The notes beneath the pieces are model-generated. The model was not told where the DNA came from, did no database searches, and saw only the letters and a list, made by a program, of their open reading frames with translations. Of a stretch of 32,152 nucleotides of DNA, positions 25,012 through 32,152 are shown piece by piece. Origin of the DNA: Candidatus Sabulitectum sp. (lineage in GTDB: Bacteria; Fermentibacterota; Fermentibacteria; Fermentibacterales; JCC-6); NCBI GenBank assembly GCA_029934845.1, contig JAOZLN010000002.1, positions 1-32,152 on the forward strand, given 5' to 3'. A program made the position numbers and the translations under genes. Position 1 is the first letter of the stretch. The number at the start of each line of letters is the position of its first letter.

Positions 25012-25940
25012 TGCGCTGTAGAAACTGTGGCCACGAGAATCACCGGAACACGGGGAAATGTGATAATTGCGGGTTCAGTCTTGCTCCGCAGACAGATCCT
25101 GGAAAAGATAAGAGAGCCGCAATGCAGAAGCCCATTGGAGACAGTGGCAAGGGCAGTGTAGTTACCCTGGACCTGGAGGCTGCAAGCAAAAGCAAATTTG
25201 GTCTTATCGGTTTCTTGATCTTTCTGATCGGTGCCGCAGGTGCAGTGTTTATTGTAAGCAGTTATGACCGGGCTGTATCTGAGCAGGAGATAGAGGTTGC
25301 CCACGAAGTGGTTGAGGTCGAGGTTCAGCTGGACTCTCTTCCCATCATGCTGGGCACCGACATAGTGTATGTCTTTAATGCCGAGGGAACCTCTGCCGCT
25401 CCAAGAACAAATGTAGACCTGGCTCTTATTCCCGAGGGTACAAAAGTTTCCTTCCTGGGCAGTGGATCAATGTCAATTCAACCGGTAGTCAACTATATGC
25501 TGCAGAAGATAAACAGCAACGATTTCAGATTCCTCGCTCCCGATTCTTTGTTTGCGTGGGTTGATTCCACAGAAACAGACTACATGGCTGTTGCAATTCT
25601 GCCACTGCTTAGTGACTCGGCAGAAATTCAACCGGTGGAATTGAAAATACTTTTCACAGAAGAGTGGTTCAGGTGTATTGTTGAGGAATACAACAAGGAC
25701 ATCGTGGAACCTGCTGATGGATACGGATTTGATCAGAGAGTGTTTACCAGGGGATTTGATCAGGCAGCTAGAACTATAAACCGAAGAAATACCGAAGGAA
25801 GACCTGTTCATGTCACTCTGCTTTTCCCTTCCGAGTCCTCATTCGGTGATGCAATGGAAATTGCAGAGAGTGTGTTTGTTGCAATTGATTCTCTTGGATA
25901 TGAGGGTTTCAATATAAAATGGGTAAATGTTACCAACTGA
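25011..25940 (+). CDS. Zinc-ribbon membrane protein (cytoplasmic CxxC-N11-CxxC, one TM helix, ~220-aa extracytoplasmic domain), function unknown
   Basis: MRCRNCGHENHRNTGKCDNCGFSL, then the TM helix FGLIGFLIFLIGAAGAVFIVSS. The ATG overlaps the upstream stop in TAATG. Confidence 0.6.
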   Translation: MRCRNCGHENHRNTGKCDNCGFSLAPQTDPGKDKRAAMQKPIGDSGKGSVVTLDLEAASKSKFGLIGFLIFLIGAAGAVFIVSSYDRAVSEQEIEVAHEVVEVEVQLDSLPIMLGTDIVYVFNAEGTSAAPRTNVDLALIPEGTKVSFLGSGSMSIQPVVNYMLQKINSNDFRFLAPDSLFAWVDSTETDYMAVAILPLLSDSAEIQPVELKILFTEEWFRCIVEEYNKDIVEPADGYGFDQRVFTRGFDQAARTINRRNTEGRPVHVTLLFPSESSFGDAMEIAESVFVAIDSLGYEGFNIKWVNVTN

Positions 25941-27201
25941 GCATGATATTTTTCTGGACGAATTAAAACTGTCCAGAGAAGATGAAAGCGGTATTGTCAG
26001 CAGGTTTGCAGGAACCATCAGGTTTCCAACTGTTTCGGCTCCAGAGGGTTTTTCTCTGGAGCCTTTCCACGAAATGCGCCAGTATTCCAAAGCAGTATGG
26101 AGGAATGTCTTTTCTTCTCTTGACATGGAACTTCATGGTGAGGCTTCAATACTGTTGAAATGGCCAGGTTATTCTTCAACTCCACTTGATCCAGTAATGC
26201 TTGCTGCTCATCAGGATGTTGTTCCTGCAGGAGACCCGGATCACTGGTCTCACGATCCCTTCGGAGGAGATATCTCCAACAACAGAGTATGGGGCAGAGG
26301 AACTATAGATTACAAATGCGGGTTTGCCGGAATGATTGAGGCTGTTTCACTTCTGCTTGCAGCGGGATTTAAGCCTGGTCGTACTGTTTATTTGTCTTTC
26401 GGGCATGACGAGGAAATTGGCGGTCTTCTGGGAGCGAAAGCGATTGTAGAAAGCTTTCGGAACCGGCAGATCGTTTGCAGCAGTGTTCTGGATGAGGGCG
26501 GGTACATCTATTCTGAGCCGGATGGAACAGTTGCTGCAGAGGTTGCAATTGCCGAGAAAGGCTATGCTTCTTTTAAGCTTTCAGCTGAAGCAGTTCAGGG
26601 GCATTCATCCGTACCCCCGGAAAGAACTGCAATTGGTGTTCTAGCTGGTGCTATTGTTGCTCTTAGTGAAAGCAGTATGCCTCTTCCTGAAGTGCCTGAT
26701 GTCATTAAGTCCGCTAACTGGTTGCAAACTACATTTGCTCCTACGATGCTTTCCGGAGGATGTAAAGAGAATATTCTTCCAGCTGCAGCAGAGGTAATTA
26801 TTAATACCAGGCCTTCTCCATGCAGTTCTGTTGCTGCAGTACTGGAGCACATTCTCACAGTTGTAGAGCCTTTGGGTGTTAAAGCAGAGCTTATTGACAA
26901 TGGAAGTGTTTCCGAGCCTTCAGTCGTTTCCAGTACAGACACAAAAGACTTTAAGGCTTTGAAAGAATCTATTCTCAATACTGTTTCAGCCGATACGGGG
27001 TTCAGATGCGGTGTTTTCCCTGCTGCCACAGATTCAAGAAGGTATTCCAGAGTTACAAAGAACACATATCGTTTCATGCCTGTTCATCTTGGTCAGAAGG
27101 GAATAGGAGCCCTGCATTCGGTTGATGAAAACATTTTGATCACAGATTATTTAAGATGTGTGAGGTTTTATGTCCAGTACATCCAGAGAGCTTGTAGATA
27201 A
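25927..27201 (+). CDS. M20 family metallopeptidase (carboxypeptidase S / ArgE-DapE-like)
   Basis: Metal-ligand contexts AAHQDVVPAG, WGRGTIDYKCG and FGHDEEIGG, with the family-typical N-terminus RFAGTIRFPTVS. Confidence 0.85.
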   Translation: MLPTEHDIFLDELKLSREDESGIVSRFAGTIRFPTVSAPEGFSLEPFHEMRQYSKAVWRNVFSSLDMELHGEASILLKWPGYSSTPLDPVMLAAHQDVVPAGDPDHWSHDPFGGDISNNRVWGRGTIDYKCGFAGMIEAVSLLLAAGFKPGRTVYLSFGHDEEIGGLLGAKAIVESFRNRQIVCSSVLDEGGYIYSEPDGTVAAEVAIAEKGYASFKLSAEAVQGHSSVPPERTAIGVLAGAIVALSESSMPLPEVPDVIKSANWLQTTFAPTMLSGGCKENILPAAAEVIINTRPSPCSSVAAVLEHILTVVEPLGVKAELIDNGSVSEPSVVSSTDTKDFKALKESILNTVSADTGFRCGVFPAATDSRRYSRVTKNTYRFMPVHLGQKGIGALHSVDENILITDYLRCVRFYVQYIQRACR

Positions 27202-28105
27202 GGCGGAACACATACGGCGAACTGCTGTTGCCGGCTTGGCTGTTAATGTTCTTCTAACTGCATTAAAGGGGTATGCTGGAATTGTTTCGGGAAGCAGAGC
27301 TCTTGTTGCCGATGCAGTTCACAGCCTTTCAGATCTGACTACAGATATCGCCATAATTATTGGTGCCCGATACTGGTGTAAGCCGCCTGATGACACACAT
27401 CCCATGGGGCATAAGGGTATAGAAACAGTAGTCAGTCTGTTCATCGGACTTATGCTTCTTCTCACCGGAGTTGGCATTGCGATTGATTCTCTAAAAGCTG
27501 TTGGCAGCCAGGCATCGTCAATCAGACCGGGCCTGTTTGCGGTGCTCGCCGCTGCTGTGTCGCTGATATCTAAAGAAGTGCTTTCCCGCTGGACTTTGAA
27601 AAAGGCCAGGCAGACTGGATCTGGAGCTCTGGCTGCCAATGCATGGCATCATCGCTCTGACGGATTGAGTTCAATTCCTGTTCTGATAGCAGTCGGGGCG
27701 TCTGCACTGAGCAGTTCCATGATGTTTCTGGATAGCATCGGGGGAGCAGTCGTCTCCATTTTTATAATAAAAGCCGGCTGGAAAGTTTTGCAGCCGGTGA
27801 TCGGCGAGGTTACAAACTCAGCGCCGCCTGTGGAAGTTGTGGACAAGATGAAGAACGCTGCAAAAGATGTAACCGGAGTTATAAGTATTCACAGATTCAG
27901 AGCTAGAATGCAGGGTGGTGGGATTCACGTTGATCTTCACCTGCAGGTTGACGGAGACAGTAATGTAAAAGACGGATATTTCATAGGCAAAGCTGTAGAG
28001 ATCAGTATTCTGGAATGTGATTCATCGGTAAGGGATGTAATTGCGCGTATAGAGCCGTTCTCTCCGTGCGGCGATGCTGATAACTGCCACAACCTGAAAA
28101 GATAG
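27170..28105 (+). CDS. Cation diffusion facilitator (CDF) family metal efflux transporter
   Basis: NVLLTALKGYAGIVSGSRALVADAVHSLSDLTTD and AWHHRSDGLSS, six TM segments, a C-terminal cytoplasmic domain, and a Cys/His/Asp tail CGDADNCHN. The start overlaps the M20 gene by 32 nt. Confidence 0.9.
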   Translation: MSSTSRELVDKAEHIRRTAVAGLAVNVLLTALKGYAGIVSGSRALVADAVHSLSDLTTDIAIIIGARYWCKPPDDTHPMGHKGIETVVSLFIGLMLLLTGVGIAIDSLKAVGSQASSIRPGLFAVLAAAVSLISKEVLSRWTLKKARQTGSGALAANAWHHRSDGLSSIPVLIAVGASALSSSMMFLDSIGGAVVSIFIIKAGWKVLQPVIGEVTNSAPPVEVVDKMKNAAKDVTGVISIHRFRARMQGGGIHVDLHLQVDGDSNVKDGYFIGKAVEISILECDSSVRDVIARIEPFSPCGDADNCHNLKR

Positions 28106-28166
28106 GGGATTTACAGAAGAGAAAATAATGAATATGTTGTAAGTCAGAAGGAAAGAGGGAATTGAT

Positions 28167-28613
28167 ATGGAGTTTAAAATTTGCAGTAGTGCATTCACGG
28201 ATGGAGGATATCTTCCCTGCTGGTATTCTTCTCTGGGGCTTAACGCTTCTCCGCCTTTCGGCTGGGCAGAGGAACCGGAAGGAACCAGTAGTCTGGCTCT
28301 TATCTGCTCTTCGTCCCAGGGAGAGGTCTTGTGGGTGTTGTGGAATATCCCAAACACCAGAAAAACCATTTACGGGAGGCTTCCTGCTGAAGGTATTCTT
28401 TCTGACGGCATGCGCCAGGGGGTGAATGATCTTCTCTGTACCGGCTGGACAGGTCCGGCGGAAAAACTTCCTGATCTATCGTTAACCTTCGTACTATATG
28501 CTCTTGACGCAATTCTTGACATTTCTGATGGTGATGTTTCCGCACCATTGCTTGAATCAGCCATGAAGGGGCATATTCTTGGAGAAACAACACTAAGCTG
28601 TGTTTACTCCTGA
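28167..28613 (+). CDS. YbhB/YbcL (PEBP/Raf-kinase-inhibitor-like) family protein with substituted pocket motifs
   Basis: The layout is collinear with bacterial PEBPs: FKICSSAFTDGGYLP...SPPFGWAEEPEGTSSLALIC...WNIP...TGPA...TFVLYALD. SSSQG (28308-28322) replaces DPDAP, and LW replaces HW. Confidence 0.65.
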   Translation: MEFKICSSAFTDGGYLPCWYSSLGLNASPPFGWAEEPEGTSSLALICSSSQGEVLWVLWNIPNTRKTIYGRLPAEGILSDGMRQGVNDLLCTGWTGPAEKLPDLSLTFVLYALDAILDISDGDVSAPLLESAMKGHILGETTLSCVYS

Positions 28614-28635
28614 GTTTTTAAGCAGAAAGCAGCGC

Positions 28636-29838
28636 ATGTATCCTGAATATCATACGCTGGCCAGACACTGGGATTTGAAAGAGAGTATCGTATTTCTTAA
28701 TCACGGTTCTTTTGGAGCTTGCCCTTCGCCGGTTCAACGGAAAAGAGAAGACCTTCTCCGGTGGATTGAATCCGATCCCATGGAGTTTATGCTTAGCGAG
28801 TATCAGCCACTTCTGGATTCTTCCTTGAAAACAATAACGGAGTTTGTAGGAGCCCAGCCGGAATCAGTGGTTTATGTGGAGAATTCTACCACAGGCATAA
28901 ACACAATTCTTCGCAATCTTCCCATTGATCTTGGAGATGAGATACTTGTTACAGATCAGGAGTATTTTTCTTCTGCGAATTCCCTCAAAATCATTTCACG
29001 CATAAGAGGTGCTACTGTAAGGATGGTACACCTGCCTTTCCCTGTAAAGTCCCCGGAAGAAATTGTAAACGCTTTCGAAGAGGCAGTGTCAAACTCAACA
29101 AAATATGCATTGGTTGACCATATTGTTAGTTCAACTGGTATGATCATGCCGTTGAAAAAGATTATAGATACCTTGTCCCGTGCAGGGGTAAAGACCATAG
29201 TTGATGGAGCACACGGACCTGGACAGGTACCGTTAAATTTGAAAGAGCTTGGTTGTCTTGCATATGTTGGCAATTGCCACAAATGGTTGTGCAGCCCCAG
29301 GTCTTCTGCTTCTCTGTATGTTCACCCGGACTTTCAGAATGGTTTTCTTCCCCTTGTTATCAGTCATCTTCCAGATGACTTAGAGACAGGTCTCTCAGAT
29401 TTTCAGGTTTGTTTCAGGTGGAACGGTACTCCTGATCCCACGCCTGTTTTGTGTGTTCCAGAATCATTGAAATTCATGGAAGAGCTTCACCGCAGCGGAT
29501 GGGCTGGAATAATGAAAAGCAACCGGGAAAAATCCCTGAAAGCAAGGCGGATCCTCTGCTTTGCTTTAGGGGTAAAACCGCCTTGTCCTGATTCCATGGT
29601 GGGCTCAATGGCAGCAATTCCTCTTGAGGGATACAAGCCAGCGGCCTTTACTGTTTCCCATGGAATTGATCCGCTTCAGCAATGGTTGAAATACGAGAAG
29701 GGGATCGTTGTCCCGATTACTGATATATGCAATGGTGCCCGAAGGATGGTTCGAATATCCGCACAGCAATACAACAGTATTGACCAGTATCGGTATCTGG
29801 CAGAAGCACTTGTTGAATACAGAGAGAAGAATTTCTAA
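28636..29838 (+). CDS. Class-V aminotransferase-fold PLP enzyme, isopenicillin-N-epimerase-like subgroup
   Basis: FLNHGSFGACPSPV, and the PLP-Lys context GNCHKWLCSP (Lys codon 29281-29283). It ends RISAQQYN and lacks the HCA catalytic-Cys loop. The ATG at 28636 is chosen. The GTG at 28600 in the ORF track is an alternative that would overlap the PEBP gene. Confidence 0.8.
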   Translation: MYPEYHTLARHWDLKESIVFLNHGSFGACPSPVQRKREDLLRWIESDPMEFMLSEYQPLLDSSLKTITEFVGAQPESVVYVENSTTGINTILRNLPIDLGDEILVTDQEYFSSANSLKIISRIRGATVRMVHLPFPVKSPEEIVNAFEEAVSNSTKYALVDHIVSSTGMIMPLKKIIDTLSRAGVKTIVDGAHGPGQVPLNLKELGCLAYVGNCHKWLCSPRSSASLYVHPDFQNGFLPLVISHLPDDLETGLSDFQVCFRWNGTPDPTPVLCVPESLKFMEELHRSGWAGIMKSNREKSLKARRILCFALGVKPPCPDSMVGSMAAIPLEGYKPAAFTVSHGIDPLQQWLKYEKGIVVPITDICNGARRMVRISAQQYNSIDQYRYLAEALVEYREKNF

Positions 29839-29854
29839 GAATCCGCTGCACATA

Positions 29855-29888
29855 TTTGTGAACCTTCTTTTGTAATCACCTATATTTG
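29855..29888 (+). promoter_or_regulatory. Candidate Bacteroidetes/FCB-type promoter (TTTG-N22-TATATTTG) upstream of the cysteine desulfurase-DUF3343 pair
   Basis: TATATTTG at 29881-29888 matches TAnnTTTG. TTTG at 29855-29858 lies 22 nt upstream. AGGAGG follows at 29901-29906, with the start codon at 29912 or 29915. This is motif matching only. Confidence 0.35.
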
Positions 29889-29911
29889 CTGGGTTAGCAA
29901 AGGAGGTCGTC

Positions 29912-31051
29912 TTGGTGTATCTTGATAACGCTTCCACTTCATGGCCCAAGCCGGATTCTGTGGTTGAAGCGGTTTCCAGCTATATAACAGATATTGGTGC
30001 CAGCCCTGCCAGAGGAAATTGTACTTCAGCCCTGGAGGCTCTTGGTGTTGTGCTCGACTGCCGCGAGGCAGTGGCATCTTTTTTTGGCAGTGGGAATCCT
30101 CTTAATGTAATATTCACCCATAATGTAACATGGGCCATAAACACAGTTCTTCATGGGATGCTCTACAGTGGAGATAAGGTAGTGTCATCCTCAATGGAAC
30201 ACAATGCTGTTACCCGGCCTCTTACTGACCTTTCAGAGAAGGGTGTAGAGGTGGTTTACTCGCCATGTGACAGTCAGGGTCATCTTGATCTGGACGCATT
30301 CAGGAAAAACATAGCAGGGGCAAAACTGGCGGTTATCAACCATGGATCAAATGTTACCGGGACTGTTCAGGATGTTAAAGCTATTTCAGAGATCTGTCGT
30401 TCCAGCGGAACAGTATTCCTGCTTGATGCGGCTCAGAGTGCAGGTATTGTACCTGTGAATTTTTCCCAGGGAGCAGACATAATTGCATTTACCGGGCACA
30501 AGGGTCTTCTTGGAGTACCCGGAACCGGCGGTTTAGTTTTTGCGGATGAGTTTGATCCGACATGCATAAGAGCATTTGCTCAGGGCGGAACAGGCAGTTT
30601 ATCGGAGGAGAGCAGGCAACCTGATTTTCTTCCTGACCGTTTTGAAGCAGGAACAATGAATGGCCCGGGGCTTGCAGGACTTTTTGCAGGCATAGAGTAC
30701 TTGAATTCCCTTGGGCTTGAAGAGATATACAGAAGAAAGATGAAGATAGCAGGTATGCTGGCAAGAGGCATTGAAGAGATAGAGGGTGCCGTGGTCTACA
30801 GACCTTCTCCTGACAAACTCTGGACTGCAGTTGTTTCATTCACCCTGGCAGGCTCCTGTACTGCGTCGATTACCGATTACCTTTCCAGGAAGTATAACAT
30901 CTGCTGCAGGCACGGGTTTCATTGTGCAGCTGCAGCACACAGAACAATTGGAACATTTCCCGGTGGTACTGTAAGACTGAGCCCGGGATTGTTCACAACC
31001 GTTCAGGAGATAGAGATCACATTGAAAGCAGTCAGGGAATACAGTGAGTGA
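29912..31051 (+). CDS. Cysteine desulfurase family protein (class-V aminotransferase fold, TIGR01977-like)
   Basis: VYLDNASTSWPKP, the PLP-Lys context FTGHKGLLGVPGTGGL (Lys 30500-30502), and the catalytic Cys in RHGFHCAAAAH (30923-30925). Either the TTG at 29912 or the GTG at 29915 fits behind the AGGAGG. Confidence 0.85.
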   Translation: MVYLDNASTSWPKPDSVVEAVSSYITDIGASPARGNCTSALEALGVVLDCREAVASFFGSGNPLNVIFTHNVTWAINTVLHGMLYSGDKVVSSSMEHNAVTRPLTDLSEKGVEVVYSPCDSQGHLDLDAFRKNIAGAKLAVINHGSNVTGTVQDVKAISEICRSSGTVFLLDAAQSAGIVPVNFSQGADIIAFTGHKGLLGVPGTGGLVFADEFDPTCIRAFAQGGTGSLSEESRQPDFLPDRFEAGTMNGPGLAGLFAGIEYLNSLGLEEIYRRKMKIAGMLARGIEEIEGAVVYRPSPDKLWTAVVSFTLAGSCTASITDYLSRKYNICCRHGFHCAAAAHRTIGTFPGGTVRLSPGLFTTVQEIEITLKAVREYSE

Positions 31052-31301
31052 TTATCTGTACATGATCTTTAAATCAATGACCCATGTACTTACTGCAGAA
31101 AGGGCTGCCAGAAAAGGTGGGATCACCTGCCGGATGGTTCCCATTCCCAGAAACATCTCCACAGACTGTGGAATGTGTATTTCTGTCAAAGTGGAAGATG
31201 GTGAGTCTTTTTTGTCTGTGGCAAAAGAGAAGGGCGCCATTCCTGAAAGGGTAGAAGAACACAAGGGCTCCGGTCCTAAAAGTAGATGTTACTCAACTTG
31301 A
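31044..31301 (+). CDS. DUF3343 (putative Se/S carrier-like) small protein
   Basis: YLYMIFKSMTHVLTAERAARKGGITCRMVPIPRNISTDCGMCI fits the DUF3343 pattern (beta1, helix, lk..gi, P-x-P-r-x-is-x-x-CG). The conserved Cys codon is 31167-31169. The GTG start overlaps the desulfurase stop (GTGAGTGA). Confidence 0.75.
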   Translation: MSDYLYMIFKSMTHVLTAERAARKGGITCRMVPIPRNISTDCGMCISVKVEDGESFLSVAKEKGAIPERVEEHKGSGPKSRCYST

Positions 31302-32152
31302 TCAGTCGATAAGCATTAGCATCTTTTCGGAATTACAGCAATCCTGAAGTTTATCTATAGCTCTGTTTTTCAGCTGTCTTACCCTTTCGCGGCTTATCCC
31401 CATTGTTCTGCCAATCTCTGCCAGTGTGTGTCTTCTGTCTGTACTTAAACCGAAGAAAAGGCTGATAATAGTTTTCTCACGGATATCCAGGGTCTCAAGT
31501 ATTTCCATTACACTGTTCTTCAGGGAGTCTTCTACAACGGCGTCCTCAGGAGATTCACAGTCTCGCGAGGGCATCATGTCCTGGAAGGTTTTATCACTTC
31601 CGTCATAAACCGGTCTGTCAAGAGAAAGATGCGTGCTGTGTATTGAAAGCATTCCTTCAATGCTTTTCCTGGGAACATCCAGCTGGCCTGCTATCTCATC
31701 TGTTGACGGTGCCCGCCCTAGATTATGCCCCAGTTCTCTTGATGCTCTTCCCATTCGATAAAGCTCATTAACTCTGTTAAGAGGTAGCCTGACTATTCTT
31801 GAGTTTTCTGCAAGAGTTTGCAGAATTGCCTGCCTTATCCACCACACTGCATAGGTTATAAATCGACAACCACGGTTCTCGTCAAAGCCTCTGGCTGCAC
31901 GAATCAGACCAACATTGCCTTCACTTATAAGATCTTCAAGAGCTACACCCTGATTTGCATACTGTTTGGCAATGCTCACAACAAACCTGAGATTTGCCTC
32001 CACCAGAATTTCCTGTGCCTTATGATCATTGTTTTTTATTCGTCGGGAAAGAGCAGCTTCTTCTTCGGATGTAAGAGATTCCTTCGAGCCAATTTCCCGA
32101 AGATACAATTCAAGAGATTTTCCCTCGACGCCTCGAATACACAAGAATCCAC
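31302..32152 (-). CDS. RNA polymerase sigma-70 family factor, compact Bacteroidetes/FCB-type RpoD-like; the N-terminus is probably cut by the window edge
   Basis: Region 2: EANLRFVVSIAKQYANQGVALEDLISEGNVGLIRAARGFDENRGCRFITYAVWWIRQAILQTLAE. Region 3: SRIVRLPLN. Region 4.2: HTLAEIGRTMGISRERVRQLKNRAIDKL. The reading frame stays open to position 32152, and the TTG at 32144 is the only in-window start. Confidence 0.9.
   Translation of the reverse strand, partial: GFLCIRGVEGKSLELYLREIGSKESLTSEEEAALSRRIKNNDHKAQEILVEANLRFVVSIAKQYANQGVALEDLISEGNVGLIRAARGFDENRGCRFITYAVWWIRQAILQTLAENSRIVRLPLNRVNELYRMGRASRELGHNLGRAPSTDEIAGQLDVPRKSIEGMLSIHSTHLSLDRPVYDGSDKTFQDMMPSRDCESPEDAVVEDSLKNSVMEILETLDIREKTIISLFFGLSTDRRHTLAEIGRTMGISRERVRQLKNRAIDKLQDCCNSEKMLMLID

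Noticed and set aside
1-32152. The window as a defence island, prophage, mobile element or CRISPR locus
   Set aside because: There are no integrase, transposase, recombinase or phage structural genes, no spaced direct-repeat arrays, and no flanking tRNA. The content is housekeeping metabolism, translation and envelope genes in tight co-directional operons.

Overview
This window is gene-dense and almost entirely plus-strand. It looks like core chromosome from an uncultivated FCB-superphylum-like bacterium. The lineage guess rests on a compact Bacteroidetes-type sigma-70, a T9SS-style C-terminal sorting domain, a PorV-like barrel and two TAnnTTTG promoter-like motifs. Gene order: ispH fused to a UbiA-like membrane domain; an SH3b lipoprotein; purB, a GAF/degenerate-GGDEF membrane protein, purL, purQ and a tandem purS; a fused TIGR03960/DUF2344 radical SAM protein, rng, rplU and folD; a 1140-aa S8 protease with a sorting-type C-terminal domain; a PorV-like barrel fused to OmpA_C; three small envelope genes; aroQ and efp; dacB (minus strand); a SurA-like lipoprotein, a zinc-ribbon membrane protein, an M20 peptidase and a CDF transporter; a degenerate PEBP protein; two class-V PLP enzymes and DUF3343; and a sigma-70 factor (minus strand, cut by the window edge). 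Every intergenic gap is under 120 nt. I saw no rRNA or tRNA genes, CRISPR arrays, transposases, integrases, toxin-antitoxin pairs or recognisable defence genes, so this is not an accessory island. No clear new multi-gene system is visible. The items most worth follow-up are the IspH-UbiA-like fusion, the protease plus PorV-like/OmpA pair, the two PLP enzymes with DUF3343 as a putative S/Se relay, the tandem PurS, and the GAF/GGDEF-like gene inside the pur operon. All family assignments come from motif recognition by eye, not from searches.
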